Assembly (NCBI RefSeq): GCF_039654945.1
Contig: NW_027361834.1
Coordinates: 1,426,001 to 1,490,000, forward strand
DNA: 64,000 nucleotides
DNA from: Dendrobates tinctorius
Taxonomy: Eukaryota
Direction: 5' to 3'
This document shows, piece by piece, positions 1 to 12,280 of the stretch; the stretch's first letter is position 1, and each line of letters opens with the position of its first letter. Under the pieces are notes generated by a model. It worked only from the letters and a program-made list of their open reading frames with translations. It was not told the origin of the DNA and did no database searches. The position numbers and the translations under genes are program-made.

Positions 1-831
1 ATTTCTTTACACTAAGAGGAATTACATGCAAAGTTGCATGATTTGAATATTTTGATAACACAAGTTTATGACAATTATGAAATAATCCAGATCATGGAAA
101 TATTAAGGGTATATGTTACTGAAGACATAACTACACTGCATCAACATAAAGGCCTTATTCTTATTTTTATTTTTATTCTTATTTTTCATTATTTTTAATT
201 CTTTCACCAATATTTAGTAAAGTAATATCTACTGAGAATATTGCTTCATTAAATATAGCAATTATATGGTTCTATTACTAAGAAAATGTTTCACTTCTGA
301 GTTATATGCAACAATTCTTTTATTCATTCATTCGCTCACTCATATATTCTTATTTTGGTTCATGGCTTTACATTCCTACATATTATTAGTATAATGAATA
401 TATTCCTTATTAATAAAGATGAAAACACTGGTTACATAAAACACAGTGACACCTATGGGTTGAAAAAGGTAATTACACCTATGACATAAAAATGTTCTAT
501 CACATGAAAAATATGGATAATAATGTATTATCACTTATTATTGGTTTATTATTTCAAATATTGAAATCCATATACAGTACAAATTCTGATAATAATTATA
601 TGGATATTACTGATTGCTATGGTACGCTGTGATATTATGGGATAGGGAAATTACCAGATTTGGTATAGAATAGGGAATGAAGACTTCAAGCAAGATACTG
701 AAATTATGTTAATAAAGACTTTTCACATTTCTAAACTTCATTGATTTTTATCAGTTGCAAGAAGAAGAATGCCGCGATCCAGAAATCCCAGAAGGTAACA
801 AAGCTATGATTACTGAGTAATAGACTGTGTT

Positions 832-923
832 AGTCACAAGTGCAGTATCCACCACTGACAGTCACAAGTGCAGTATCCACCACTGACAGTCACAAGTGCA
901 GTATCCACCACCGACAGTCACAA
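832..923. repeat. 28-bp tandem repeat, about 3.3 copies
   Basis: AGTCACAAGTGCAGTATCCACCACTGAC at 832, 860 and 888, partial at 916. Confidence 0.9.
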
Positions 924-1582
924 TTAAAGTGTCTAACCTGACAACCAGAGGACGATGATCCTATGATGCTGAGATGAACGGTGTTATCACGTTCTTATCA
1001 AGTTCCAGAGGTTTTCAATCACCTGAAAAGCTTCGATGAAAGCTGGTGAACAATGAAGGTAATTATCAGGAAGCTACAACCCTGACATATGTCCTGTGCA
1101 TTAGGACAAGGACTGGTTATGGTGCTATGTTTAGCAAGGAAGAGTCATTTTAACCCTTGCTTTGCTGACCAAAGACGTCACACCTGTTCAAAGACCAGTA
1201 CCGATGGAGGATTCCAGAATATCCAAGGCGAGCCAATGTAAGCCCAGGTTTTTAAAGATGACACTGCACAGATATTAAAGCTGCATTTCATCTATAGACT
1301 TTGTTTCTTATCAACATTTGAATTTATGGACTTTGATTTGATACACCACACAATTCCTACAACATCTATATGCTATAAGAAAACTGTATTTTTAAAAGAA
1401 CCAAGAAGAAGACATCAAAATGAAGACCAGATGACATCAGATGATGATGACTGGACCTGAGATGCTTCAATTTAGACTTAGGGAAGTATAATTATACATA
1501 TTTTATATGAATATTGTTCACGACTTACCATAACATGAATTCACATCAATTATGTCATTGAGTACTTATAACGGTAATCTAA

Positions 1583-1619
<37 letters not shown>
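1583..1619. repeat. (ATT)n microsatellite
   Basis: Read directly from the sequence. Confidence 0.9.
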
Positions 1620-1716
1620 GATATTAAATTATTTTGTCAAAGAAGAAGAAAAGAAGAAAAAAGATCGTTATATTTGAGGGTTCCAATTAATGTCTGTCTC
1701 CCTCAAAAGGGGGAAT

Positions 1717-2256
1717 TGTTAAATATTAATAATCCGTTAATTTCTTATAAGACCCAGTTCTGTAGAATGCTTTAGCTTACATGACATAGGCTATTTTTAA
1801 GCTTGGCTCATGGTAGAAATGTCAGCTCACTACATATTTAAGTTTAGCCTTGAGGTAAATGTCAAACTCCATATATACCGAGATCACGTGTTTCAAGAGA
1901 CGTATATAATTCATGGCTAACTGTAGAGGGTGCTGTCTTCTTCCCTCACCATCATGAGAGACAGATGCAAGATGACATGACATAACAGCTGGTATATTAC
2001 TTGACGGCGATGTGAGAAGCCGAACTGAGACACAGCAGCCATTTGCTATTCAGGATCTCGGAGAGAAGAAGGATACATGTTGCTTTTGCCATTTGGGATC
2101 TCAGAGCATGATCTAATGGACAATTTCTCTTTCACCTATTTTTATTCACCTGTTTTTCTGTAATAACCTTTCTTTGATGGAAGAAACCAAATAAACCACT
2201 ATATTTTTATCTGGTAACTAGTCCTGAGTATTTTACAGGATATGCATTATTTTACA
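1717..2256 (+). mobile_element. 3' LTR (about 540 bp)
   Basis: TGTTAAATA...TATTTTACA termini (8/9 inverted match), preceding PPT, TATATAA near 1903, AATAAA at 2190; Tc1 coding sequence resumes abruptly at 2257. Confidence 0.7.
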
Positions 2257-3034
2257 GGAGAGAGATTGTGGGCCCCTTTAGGATCCCTGAAGGGGTAAAG
2301 ATGAACTCCATAATCTATGTGGAGTTTCTAAAACAGCACTTCCTGCCATGGTTCAAGAGGAAGAACTGTGCTTTCCGCAGCAAGATCATTTTCATGCATG
2401 ATAATGCACCGTCTCAGGCTGCAAATAACACATCTGTATCTCTGGCTGCTATGGGCATAAAAGAGGACAAACTTATGGTGTGGCCACCATCTTCCCCTGA
2501 CCTCAACCCCATTGAGAACCTCTGGAGCATCATCAAAAGGAGTGTCTATGATGGCGGGAGGCAGTTCACATCTAAGCAACAGCTCTGGGAGGGTATTCTG
2601 TCCACATGCAAAACAATTGAAGCACAACTCATCCAAAAACTGACAAATTCAATGGACGAGAGAGTTCAGAAGCTTCTTTCGAACAAGGGGTCCTATGTGC
2701 AAATGTAACATCACCTAGAATAAAGTTTTGACTTGAAAACTGTTTGATTTCATTTTGTAATAAGCTGATAATGCTTATAATATCACAATTCACCATTTTT
2801 TTGTTCAAAATAAAAATAAAAAGGTTGAAAACTCTGCTGTGCATAATTTGGAACATGCATTTTGAGTGTTTATCATTTTTAAAAATATACTGTTTTCATA
2901 GGCAGTTTGTTCCAAAACATTGCAATTATACTAGAATATTAGATGACTGGAAAATAACAATGACTGCAATTCATATAGGTAATTTAGAGAAAATATGAGG
3001 AAATATTTTTGGCATAATAATTTGGAACACAGTG
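2257..3034 (+). mobile_element. 3' half of a Tc1-like DD37E (TRT-type) transposon; transposase C-terminus ends at 2708
   Basis: FMHDNAPS...[15 protein letters not shown] with 37 residues between D and E; right end ...TTTGGAACACAGTG followed by TA; inner repeat GCATAATTTGGAAC at 2841. Confidence 0.9.
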
Positions 3035-3364
3035 TAGAGGTCACAAAGGGAAAAACCAGGAACAGGAGGGCAGTGTGAAAGAGATGATTGCACATAGGGG
3101 CAAGAAGCCCTGTGAAGAAAAAAATGATTGATACAAAATAAATGTAAAATGGATCCACAGAGATCCCTGTAGATAAAGCTACCTCATATACTCAGGAACA
3201 GCTCCAAGTCACCACATGAGGCCATAATAGGCATAGAAACCCTGATCCCTGGGTTTTCTATGACAATTATGGCATAGCTCTTGTATGCGCAAAATCGTCA
3301 AGGCGTTTATTGAGCAACTAAAAATGTAAATTTTCCCATTTCAATTGTCTATTTTCATCTGTTA

Positions 3365-3565
3365 GGGCAAGGTCAGACGGCCGTATAACTCATGCGAGAA
3401 TCGCATCGTAATCCTCCTACTGGCTGTCGGCTCTCCTGACCTGAGCTTGACAGCTGCAGAGTAATCCATCATGCCGTCTTGCTCAGGTCAGGAAAGGTGT
3501 CGGTCCGGTCTGTGCAGTGTGATGCGATTCTCTCACACGAGTTATACGGCCGTCTGACCTTGGCC
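3365..3565. mobile_element. Harbinger/Tourist-type MITE
   Basis: TIR GG(G/C)CAAGGTCAGACGGCCGTATAACTC; TTA TSD on both sides. Confidence 0.85.
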
Positions 3566-3735
3566 TTAAAGTGAGATACTAACCTTACCAAACAACTCAA
3601 AATGTACAAAAATAAAGTTCTGACATTTCAAATGTGGTTCCAGGAGGTGTTCCATTTTCCTTCACTGTAAGGGTTTGCTTACACTAGCATATAAATTGGG
3701 CGAGTGCAATGTGAGAAAGAAAAGTCTATCTTTAA

Positions 3736-3878
3736 GGCCGGGATCACACATGCGAGATCGGAGCGTGCGGCTGCATAGAAATACATGCAGCTGAACGCTC
3801 CGCTCCCGAGTGCTGGTGGCAGTGCCGGGTATTAAGATGCAAGACTCGTCCGAGTTTCTCGCATGTGTGATCCCGGCC
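3736..3878. mobile_element. Harbinger-type MITE (same family as 23205 and 29360)
   Basis: TIR GGCCGGGATCACACATGCGAGA; TAA TSD. Confidence 0.85.
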
Positions 3879-3889
3879 TAAGCCGAAAT

Positions 3890-4390
3890 GGTCCAACTAG
3901 CTCATCTTTAATACCAGCCCATTGCAGGACTCCACCTTGCTGGCCACAGAGTAAGAAGTCCCATTACTGATCCAGTCACGGGCCCAACCAATTGGTCCTT
4001 CAAGAGTCACTCAACTCAACAGTCCATAAAACCTTTCAATAATGGGTCTTCACTTCAGATATTTCTTGGCCCAGGCATGTCATTTCCACTTGTGTCTTGC
4101 TCAGTAGTGGTCGGGTTTCAGCCTTCCTCACCTCCACCATGTCTCTGAGCACTGAACAGCTTATACTTCTGGGCACTCCGGGGAGGATGCAGTTCTGCAA
4201 TATGACAGCACTGCAGGATCATGGCTTCCTGGCCGCTTCACGTTTGATTCTTCTCAAATCTTTGGTAGTTACTGTGCTTTTTTTTCTCAAAATGTTGTTG
4301 TGACCTTGTTGACTAGGTGTAACAAAACTTTTGATGGTTTTGATCACACCCCAATATCTTAGCAATTTCAGCATGGCAAAAGTGGCTTCA
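3890..4390 (-). pseudogene. Decayed Tc1/TRT-like transposase fragment (N-terminal to first catalytic D)
   Basis: Minus strand gives broken WAKKYLK, VLWT and WARDWISNG-type motifs. Confidence 0.6.
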
Positions 4391-4574
4391 TTCTGAGTTC
4401 CTTGTACTTACACTGTTTTAAACTAGGTCATTTTCCACCTATTCATATCCAGGCATATGTATTTTTTTCATATGTGTGTTTTTAACTTGTATAAAAAATT
4501 TTCTCATTCACTTAGGGAAATAATTTTTGCCTCATTTTTTGTGATACATGAGACTTAATTTTTATGTTCATGTA

Positions 4575-4790
4575 ATTATTATTATTATTATTTATTGTTA
4601 TAGCGCCATTTATTCCATGGCGCTTTACATGTAGGGAGGGGTATACATAAAAACAAGTACAATAATGTTGAACAATACAAGTCATAACTGGTACAGGAGG
4701 AGAGAGGACCCTGCCCGCGAAGGCTCACAATCTACAAGGGATGGGTGAAAATACAGTAGGCGAGGGTAGAGCTGGTCATGCAGCGGTCTA
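4575..4790 (-). mobile_element. L2-like LINE/SINE 3' end
   Basis: Minus strand TGTAAAGCGCCATGGAATAAATGGCGCTAT stem-loop followed by an (AAT)n tail. Confidence 0.6.
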
Positions 4791-5796
4791 TGTAATATAC
4801 GGTATATATTTAATTTTTGCTCATATCACGAGAAAATGTAAATTAAAAAAAAGGAACGATAAGTCTATTTTTCACAAGACCATAAAGGGGCCATTAATTA
4901 TATTTTAAATTCTGTTGCTCTTTCCGTAATTTTTTTTTATATATATCAGACTTAAAGGGATTGTCCACTACTTGTTAGGAGCGGCGGAACGCACTAAATA
5001 AAAATGATAATAAAGTGTGTTCGCCGCTCGGGGTCCACCGTGCAGTAGGTGTTACAACCGCTGCAGAGTGATGGCAGGAGCAATATGGCGGTATAATGCA
5101 CACGGGTTCAACTTCACCCATAGTGCGCCGAGCGGGCTCTGTTCACACACAGAGATGCCGCAACACAAAAACACAAAGAACACTGAATCTGTTAGTGTCA
5201 TAGAGTTCAGTTGAAATGCACACACGGTATCTGGTCACAGGAGCAGAGCCAAAGACAGCAGAACTGCATCCGTCTAGACCTACCGTGTGTGCGGCGTCGC
5301 TACTGCGGGCGACAAGGGGGGCTACAACTGCAGCGCGGCATAGGACACTGCCGCTCAACAACAAGGCTGGAAGGCAAGCACGATGTCGGACGCTAGCGTA
5401 GCGGTGCGGTGAGCACAGTGGCTTAAGGGTATGTGCACATGGTGCAGATTCTGCAGCTGCGGGTCCGCAGCAGATTCTCCTGCGTTGTACAGTACCTTTA
5501 TTTCCTATGGAAATGTAAAAATCCTCTGCACATGCTGCGGATTTTTCCGCGCGGTTCTGCTGCAGTTTACAATCCGCAGCATGTCAATTCTTTGTGCGGT
5601 TCTGCTGCGTTTCTGGACCCATTGACTTCCATTGAGTCCTGCAATTCTGCAGCAAAACCGCAGAGATAAAAATATCTGCGGTTATTGCTGCGGAATTGGG
5701 TGAAAAAACGCAGCAGAAGGAAGTGATGTAGGGAGGAAGAGGAAGTGCGGGGGCGGAGTGTAGTGTAGGGAAGAAGAAGGAAGTCGCCATAACGTC

Positions 5797-8700
5797 ATGG
5801 AAGGATACCGTCGCATGGGGATCGATGTGGGCTGTCTCATTGATTTGGTATGTATGCATGTATGTATGTGTGTGCGTCAGTATGTTTGTGTCTGTCTGTG
5901 TGCTTCAGTCTGTGTGCGTCAGTCCCCATGCGACGGTAAGCCCACAACTGTGCTGTATGGGACTGCTGCTACCATCCGGCTATAGGATGGGAGAGTACTC
6001 CCTGCGACGACCGTGCACAATTGTTCAGTTTTAAATGGTTAAAAAAAAAACATACATGACACATACAATACACATAGAACACATGTAACATACAATAAAG
6101 GACATACAACATACAGCATTAAATACATACCCATCACATAGCGGTGCTCCTGCCCTTTTTCGCGGAGTTTACCGGTGTTCGGCCGCTCCGAGACCTCGCT
6201 TTACGGCACTGTAGCTGCGTGTGACCTTTCCCACACAGCAGTGCCGTAAAGGAGAGTACCGGAGTCAATGAACTCCGGTAAACTCTCTCGCGCATGCGCA
6301 GTAACACACTGCAGGAGCTTAGCTCCTGTCAGTGTGTTTCTGCAGCCATGGACGATGGTCACATCTTAGGATGTGACTGTTCTCCATGGCAGATCGTCGT
6401 GAGACCCTCGTTTATGGACTGCGTCGGACCAGGGAGTATGAATTTGGTTTTTTTTTTCCTTTTTTCTAGGTGAACGAGGGCGTTGCAAAGGATTGAGTGT
6501 ATAATAATATTTTTTGTCAAAAACTTCTGTCTTTTTATTTCATTAAATGTTTTTTTTTTGGTGTCTGTGTTTTATTTCCAATATTACTGTTTTGGATTAA
6601 TAATGGATCGGCGTCTTCTTGACGCCTCTCCATTATTAACCGGGCTTAATGTCACCGATCAAAGGTGACATTAACCCCTTTATTACCCCACATCCCACCA
6701 CTGCGTGGGAGTGGGAAGAGAGAGGCTAAGTGCCGGAATTGGCGCATCTTATAGATGCGCCATTTCTGGGGCGGCTGTGGGCTGATATTTGTAGCCGGGG
6801 GGGGGGCCAAAATCCATGGCCCCTTCCTAGGCTATGAATATCAGCTCGCAGCTGTCTGCATAGCCTTTCTGGCCCTAAAATAAATTTTTTTTTTTGGTGG
6901 TACCCCTATTTTTAGAGCCAGAAAGGCTACGCAGACAGCTGTGGGCTGATATTCATAGCAAGGCTGCAAAGTTAACCCTCAGCTGTCTGCTTAGCCTTTC
7001 TGGCCCTAAAATGTAGGGGAACCCCACGTACATTTTTTTGGGGGTCCCACCATTTTTTAGAGCCAGAAAGGCTGTGCATACACTACAGCCTGGGTACATA
7101 TGGTCTACATTAACCCCTCCCAGCCAACACGTAACCCATGACGTATTTTGGATTCTGTTTGGGATATTGATTATGGTAGGGATTGTACTAAGTGTAGGGA
7201 TTAGTGTAGGGATTATACTAAGTGTAGGGATTATGGTAGGGATTAGTGTAGGGATTGTACTAAATGTAGGGATTAGTGTAGGGATTATGGTAGGGATTAG
7301 TGTAGAGATTGTACTAAGTGTAGGGATTATGGTAGGGATTAGTGTAGGGATTATGGCAGGGATTGTACTAAGTGTAGTGATTAGTGTAGTGATTACGGTA
7401 GGGATTAGTGTAGGGATTAGTGTAGGGATTGTACTAAGTGTAGAGAATAGTGAAGGGATTAGGGTAGGGATTAGGGTAGGGATTGTACTAAGTGTAGGGA
7501 TTAGTGTAGGGATTACTGTAGGGATTGTACTAAGTGTAGGGATTAGTGTAGGGATTATGGTAGGGATTAGTGTAAGGATTATGGTAGGGATTGTACTAAG
7601 TGTAGTGATTAGTGTAGTGATTATGTTAGGGATTAGTGTAGGGATTAGTGTAGGGATTGTACTAAGTGTAGAGAATAGTGAAGGGATTAGTGTAGGGTTT
7701 AGGGTAAGGATTAGGGTAGGGATTGTACTAAGTGTAGGGATTAGTGTAGGGATTGTACTAAGTCTAGGGATTAGTGTAGGGATTATGGTAGGGATTAGGG
7801 TAGGGATTGTACTAAGTGTAGGGATTAGTGTAGGGATTATGGTAGGGATTAGGGTAGGGATTGTACTAAGTGTAGTGATTAGTGTAGGGATTATGGTAGG
7901 GAATAGTGTAGGGATTAGTGTAGGGATTGTACTAAGTGTAGAGAATAGTGAAGGGATTAGTGTAGGGATTAGGGTAGGGATTGCACTAAGTGTAGGGATT
8001 AGTGTAGGGATTAGGGTAAGGATTAGGGTAGGGATTGTACTAAAGGGCATGTCACACTAAGCGATATCGCTAGCAATATCGCTATAACTTGTGACGTTAT
8101 AGCGATATTGCTAGCGATATCGCTGTGTCTGATACTTACCTCCGACCCACTCCCCCGCTGATTATCGCTGATCGCGCGAGAACGTCCAGGACCGTTTCTC
8201 GTCGTCAGCTTCCTGCGGCGCTTCCTGCTGTGACGACGAGCGACGCATGGAGCCGGGCGGGAGGACGCAGGATCGCCTGGTGTGACAGGTAAGTAGCGAC
8301 CCCCGTCCACAGCGATGTCGCTGGTGAGATCTGCCTGTGTGGCAGCTCACTAGCGACCACTTAGCGATGTACCAGCGATCCTGACCGCGTCATATTGCTG
8401 GTCGGGATCGCTGGTACATCGCTAAGTGTGACAGTACCTTAAATGTAGGAATTAGTGTAGGGATTGTACTAAGTGTAGGGATTAGTGTAGGGATTATGGT
8501 AGGGATTATGGCAGGGATTAGGGTAGGGATTGTACTAAGTGTAGGGATTAGTGTAGGGATTGTACTAAGTGTAGGGATTAGTGTAGGGATTGTACTAAGT
8601 GTAGGGATTATGGTAGGGATTAGGGTAGGGATTGTACTAAGTGTAGGGATTAGTGTAGGGATTAGTGTAGGGATTGTACTAAGTGTAGGGATTAGTGTAG

Positions 8701-11700
8701 GGATTATGGTAGGGATTAGTGTAGGGATTATGGCAGGGATTAGTGTAGGGATTGTACTAAGTGTAGGGATTAGTGTAGGGATTATGATAGGGATTAGGGT
8801 AGGGATTGTACTAAGTGTAGGGATTAGTGTAGGGATTAGTGTAGGGATTATGGTAGGGATTGTACTAAGTGTAGGGATTGTACTAAGTGTAGGGATTCCT
8901 GTAGGGATTATGGTAGGGATTAGTGTAGGGATTATGGTAGGGATTAGTGTAGGGATTGTACTAAGTGTAGGGATTAGTGTAGGGATTAGTGTAGGGATTA
9001 TGGTAGGGATTGTACTAAGTGTAGGGATTAGTGTAGGTATTAGTGTAGGGAATATGGTAGGGATTGTACTAAGTGTAAGGATTAGTGTAGGGATTAGTGT
9101 AGGAATTAGTGTAGGGATTATCGTAGGGATTGTACTAAGTGTAGGGATTAGTGTAGGGATTATGGTAGGGATTAGGGTAGGGATTGTACTAAGTGTAGGG
9201 ATTAGTGTAGGGATTGTACTAAGTGTAGGGATTCCTGTAGGGATTATGGTAGGGATTAGTGTAGGGATTATGGTAGGGATTAGTGTAGGGATTGTACTAA
9301 GTGTAGGGATTAGTGTAGGGATTATGGTAGGGATTAGTGTAGGGATTATGGCAGGGATTAGGTTAGGGATTGTACTAAGTGTAGGGATTAGTGTAGGGAT
9401 TGTACTAAGTGTAGGGATTAGTGTAGGGATTATGATAGGGATTGTACTAAGTGTAGGGATTAGTGTAGGGATTATGGTAGGGATTAGGGTAGGGATTGTA
9501 CTAAGTGTAGGGATTAGTGTAGGGATTAGTGTAGGGATTATGGTAGGGATTGTACTAAGTGTAGGGATTGTACTAAGTGTAGGGATTCCTGTAGGGATTA
9601 TGGTAGGGATTAGTGTAGGGATTATGGTAGGGATTAGTGTAGGGATTGTACTAAGTGTAGGGATTAGTGTAGGGATTAGTGTAGGGATTATGGTAGGGAT
9701 TGTACTAAGTGTAGGGATTAGTGTAGGTATTAGTGTAGGGAATATGGTAGGGATTGTACTAAGTGTAAGGATTAGTGTAGGGATTAGTGTAGGAATTAGT
9801 GTAGGGATTATCGTAGGGATTGTACTAAGTGTAGGGATTAGTGTAGGGATTATGGTAGGGATTAGGGTAGGGATTGTACTAAGTGTAGGGATTAGTGTAG
9901 GGATTGTACTAAGTGTAGGGATTCCTGTAGGGATTATGGTAGGGATTAGTGTAGGGATTATGGTAGGGATTAGTGTAGGGATTGTACTAAGTGTAGGGAT
10001 TAGTGTAGGGATTAGTGTAGGGATTATGGTAGGGATTGTACTAAGTGTAGGGATTGTACTAAGTGTAGGGATTCCTGTAGGGATTATGGTAGGGATTAGT
10101 GTAGGGATTATGGTAGGGATTAGTGTAGGGATTGTACTAAGTGTAGGGATTAGTGTAGGGATTATGGTAGGGATTGTACTAAGTGTAGGGATTAGTGTAG
10201 GTATTAGTGTAGGGAATATGGTAGGGATTGTACTAAGTGTAAGGATTAGTGTAGGGATTAGTGTAGGAATTAGTGTAGGGATTATCGTAGGGATTGTACT
10301 AAGTGTAGGGATTAGTGTAGGGATTATGGTAGGGATTAGTGTAGGGATTAGTGTAGGGATTGTACTAAGTGTAGGGAATAGTGTAGGGATTAGTGTAGGG
10401 ATTATGGTAAGGGAAGAGATTAGGGTAAAGGTTAGGGATAGTGATTCGGGTAAAGGGAAGGGGTAGGGTTAGGGTTATTTATTTTTTGGGTTTTTAGTTT
10501 TTGAGGGTTAACATAGTATCTAATGATGCAAATCTCTACATTGTAGGTCCGTGATTTTCCACCCATATGGGACCCTTCTGACGAGGCCTACAAGGACCGC
10601 TATTACCGCGATCACTGCTGGACGAAAGTGTTACGCCAGCTGTATCCTGACTGGGATTCTTGTAACAATACAACACAGTTGCAAATTGGTAATTAGAATA
10701 TTCTTTTTACACTCCAAAAATTGGTGTACCTAAATATTATAATTAATGATTTGTAGCTTTTTTTCTTTTAGAAAAAGATGTAAAGCAGCGATGGAGATCC
10801 GTGAAAGACAGATTCCATAAATATGTGGCAAGCTGCAATAAAAGTGGATCCTCTATCACCCGACACTCCTTCCCTTTTTATGAGGAACTGCAATTTTTGG
10901 TAACTGGCAGGACATTGCGTAGGTAAATAATTTTTATTTCTAAAAAGTATTTTAAAGCTATCTATCCTCTATTTGTAGGTTGTATAACACAATCGGCAAT
11001 TGTATTCAACTCTGCATACAACTGCACCGTTATTTTAATTTGTTGTGCCCACATAGAACAGGATAGTAGAGGAGATGTGATGAATTTCCCTCTCCACTAT
11101 GTGTACAAACAGTGGAGGTTGTAGCGCTGTTCCCGTACAGGTGACACGTGTTTTGTCCCCACTGCATGGCACTTGTCTTGCGTTTGCACTCTGTCTCTGC
11201 AAGATAAGTATTGATATTATGCATTTTTTATCTCAAACAGCACTCAAGGCAACACTGACCCTCCGGCAGAGGAAGATTCAGAAGAGGCATCTGGACCTTC
11301 AACTGGAGCTGCTGTGAACTGTTCTTCAGCTGGTGAAGTTGGTTCTGGTGGTGCCCCATTGTCATCAGATGCTGGGGCATCGTCGTCCGCTGCTGCTGAA
11401 AAATCTGTAGTAGTGGAAACAGTTGGTAGAGGAAGGGCTGGCGGTCCGGTGTCAGGAGAGCCCAACCAAAAAAAAAAAAAAAAACAAGGATAAAACAATA
11501 AAAGCGGCAAATGAGTCGCTAGCCTTGATTAAGAAGTCAACCACGGAAGACGAATTCGACTTTTTCGCTTTACAAGGCTCGCTCCCTGCCACCGGATCGC
11601 CAGAACATTTTCACAAGCCTGGTCCAGATGTCGCTTACAGCGTTACATGATCCCACACCTATTTTGCCATATGATGACATTTTGATGTCGGTTTTGGGAC

Positions 11701-11858
11701 TATTCCGAAAAAAAAACCAAGGCCAAACACCAATTCAACAATATCAAGCCAGTCGCCCATACACTAGTGAGCTGCTTGGACCACCAACAAATCATACTTA
11801 CAATCAGGATGCATCATCAAACTATGGGTACTACCCACAGTACCAGAATTTAAACTAA
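5797..11858 (+). CDS. Harbinger MADF/Myb-SANT-like DNA-binding protein, join(5797-5847,10547-10688,10772-10922,11241-11858); last exon frameshifted (stop at 11491-11493 as written, 198 aa)
   Basis: GT-AG introns with matching phases give IDVGCLIDL|VRDFPPIWDPSDEAYKDRYYRDHCWTKV...|EKDVKQRWRSVKDRF...KSGS...FYEELQFL..R|STQGN, the tryptophan pattern typical of MADF; AATAAA at 11861. Confidence 0.8.
6832..7075. repeat. Two adjacent hairpins in the MADF gene intron 1
   Basis: CTATGAATATCAGC...TAGCCTTTCTGGC pairs with GCCAGAAAGGCTA...GCTGATATTCATAG (6832-6958); a related arm pair at about 6990-7075. Confidence 0.7.
7170..10475 (+). repeat. G-rich minisatellite of 12- and 18-bp units (GGGATTAGTGTA, GGGATTATGGTA, GGGATTGTACTAAGTGTA)
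   Basis: Read directly; rare variants recur at a 690-bp period (8891/9581 and 9031/9721). Confidence 0.97.
8044..8439. mobile_element. Harbinger-type MITE inserted in the minisatellite
   Basis: TIR AGG...TGTCACACT(A/T)AGCGAT; TAA TSD; removing it restores the unit GTACTAAATGTAGG. Confidence 0.85.
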
Positions 11859-12280
11859 ATAATAAAGTTTGTGGTTGACCTTTTTGTTGTTGGCCCAAAA
11901 TGTTTGTGGCCATATGTTATCTTTCAAATTGAAAAATCAGTTACAATGTTTGTCATAAAGTTTACTGTTTTTCAAATAAATTTTTATTGATACATTTACT
12001 TTGTGTTCTTTCTCATAATTAAAGGGGGCTACACTACGGCTACATAAGGCCAGTGTCATGGGAACATCATGACAACACTATTGGGTAGAGTCAAAGAATG
12101 GTTATGGTGTAAGTTAATGGGACTATGGGACCTAGATTACAACAAACGTTTCCTTATCCATAGTGGGGGTCGGGTGGTCCTGCTGGTGCCCATAGAAACT
12201 ATGTTGTTATCAATCCAAAAAAAGAAAAAAAAAGACGGGTCCTTCTTTGCTGCCGCTCAATCTTCTTCTTCTCTGATCTT

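Larger units (their letters stand above)
1..1716 (+). mobile_element. 3' internal region of an LTR retroelement (ERV- or Gypsy-like), decayed, ending in a polypurine tract
   Basis: PPT AAAAGGGGGAA at 1705-1715 lies just before TGTT at 1717; AT-rich with no intact ORF; the left end is outside the window. Confidence 0.55.

Noticed and set aside
1-700. Retroviral env remnant
   Set aside because: Only short hydrophobic stretches between stops; no furin site or CX6CC motif recognised
832-923. CRISPR-like array (also considered for 36783-37330 and 61519-64000)
   Set aside because: Head-to-tail repeats with no unique spacers, in a eukaryotic context
6953-10466. Long ORFs of 340-656 aa (VGIS/IPTL repeats)
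   Set aside because: Artefact of minisatellite units that are multiples of 3 and lack stops in one frame; they lie inside a predicted intron
7170-10475. Interstitial telomere
   Set aside because: No (TTAGGG)n run; only related 12- and 18-bp units
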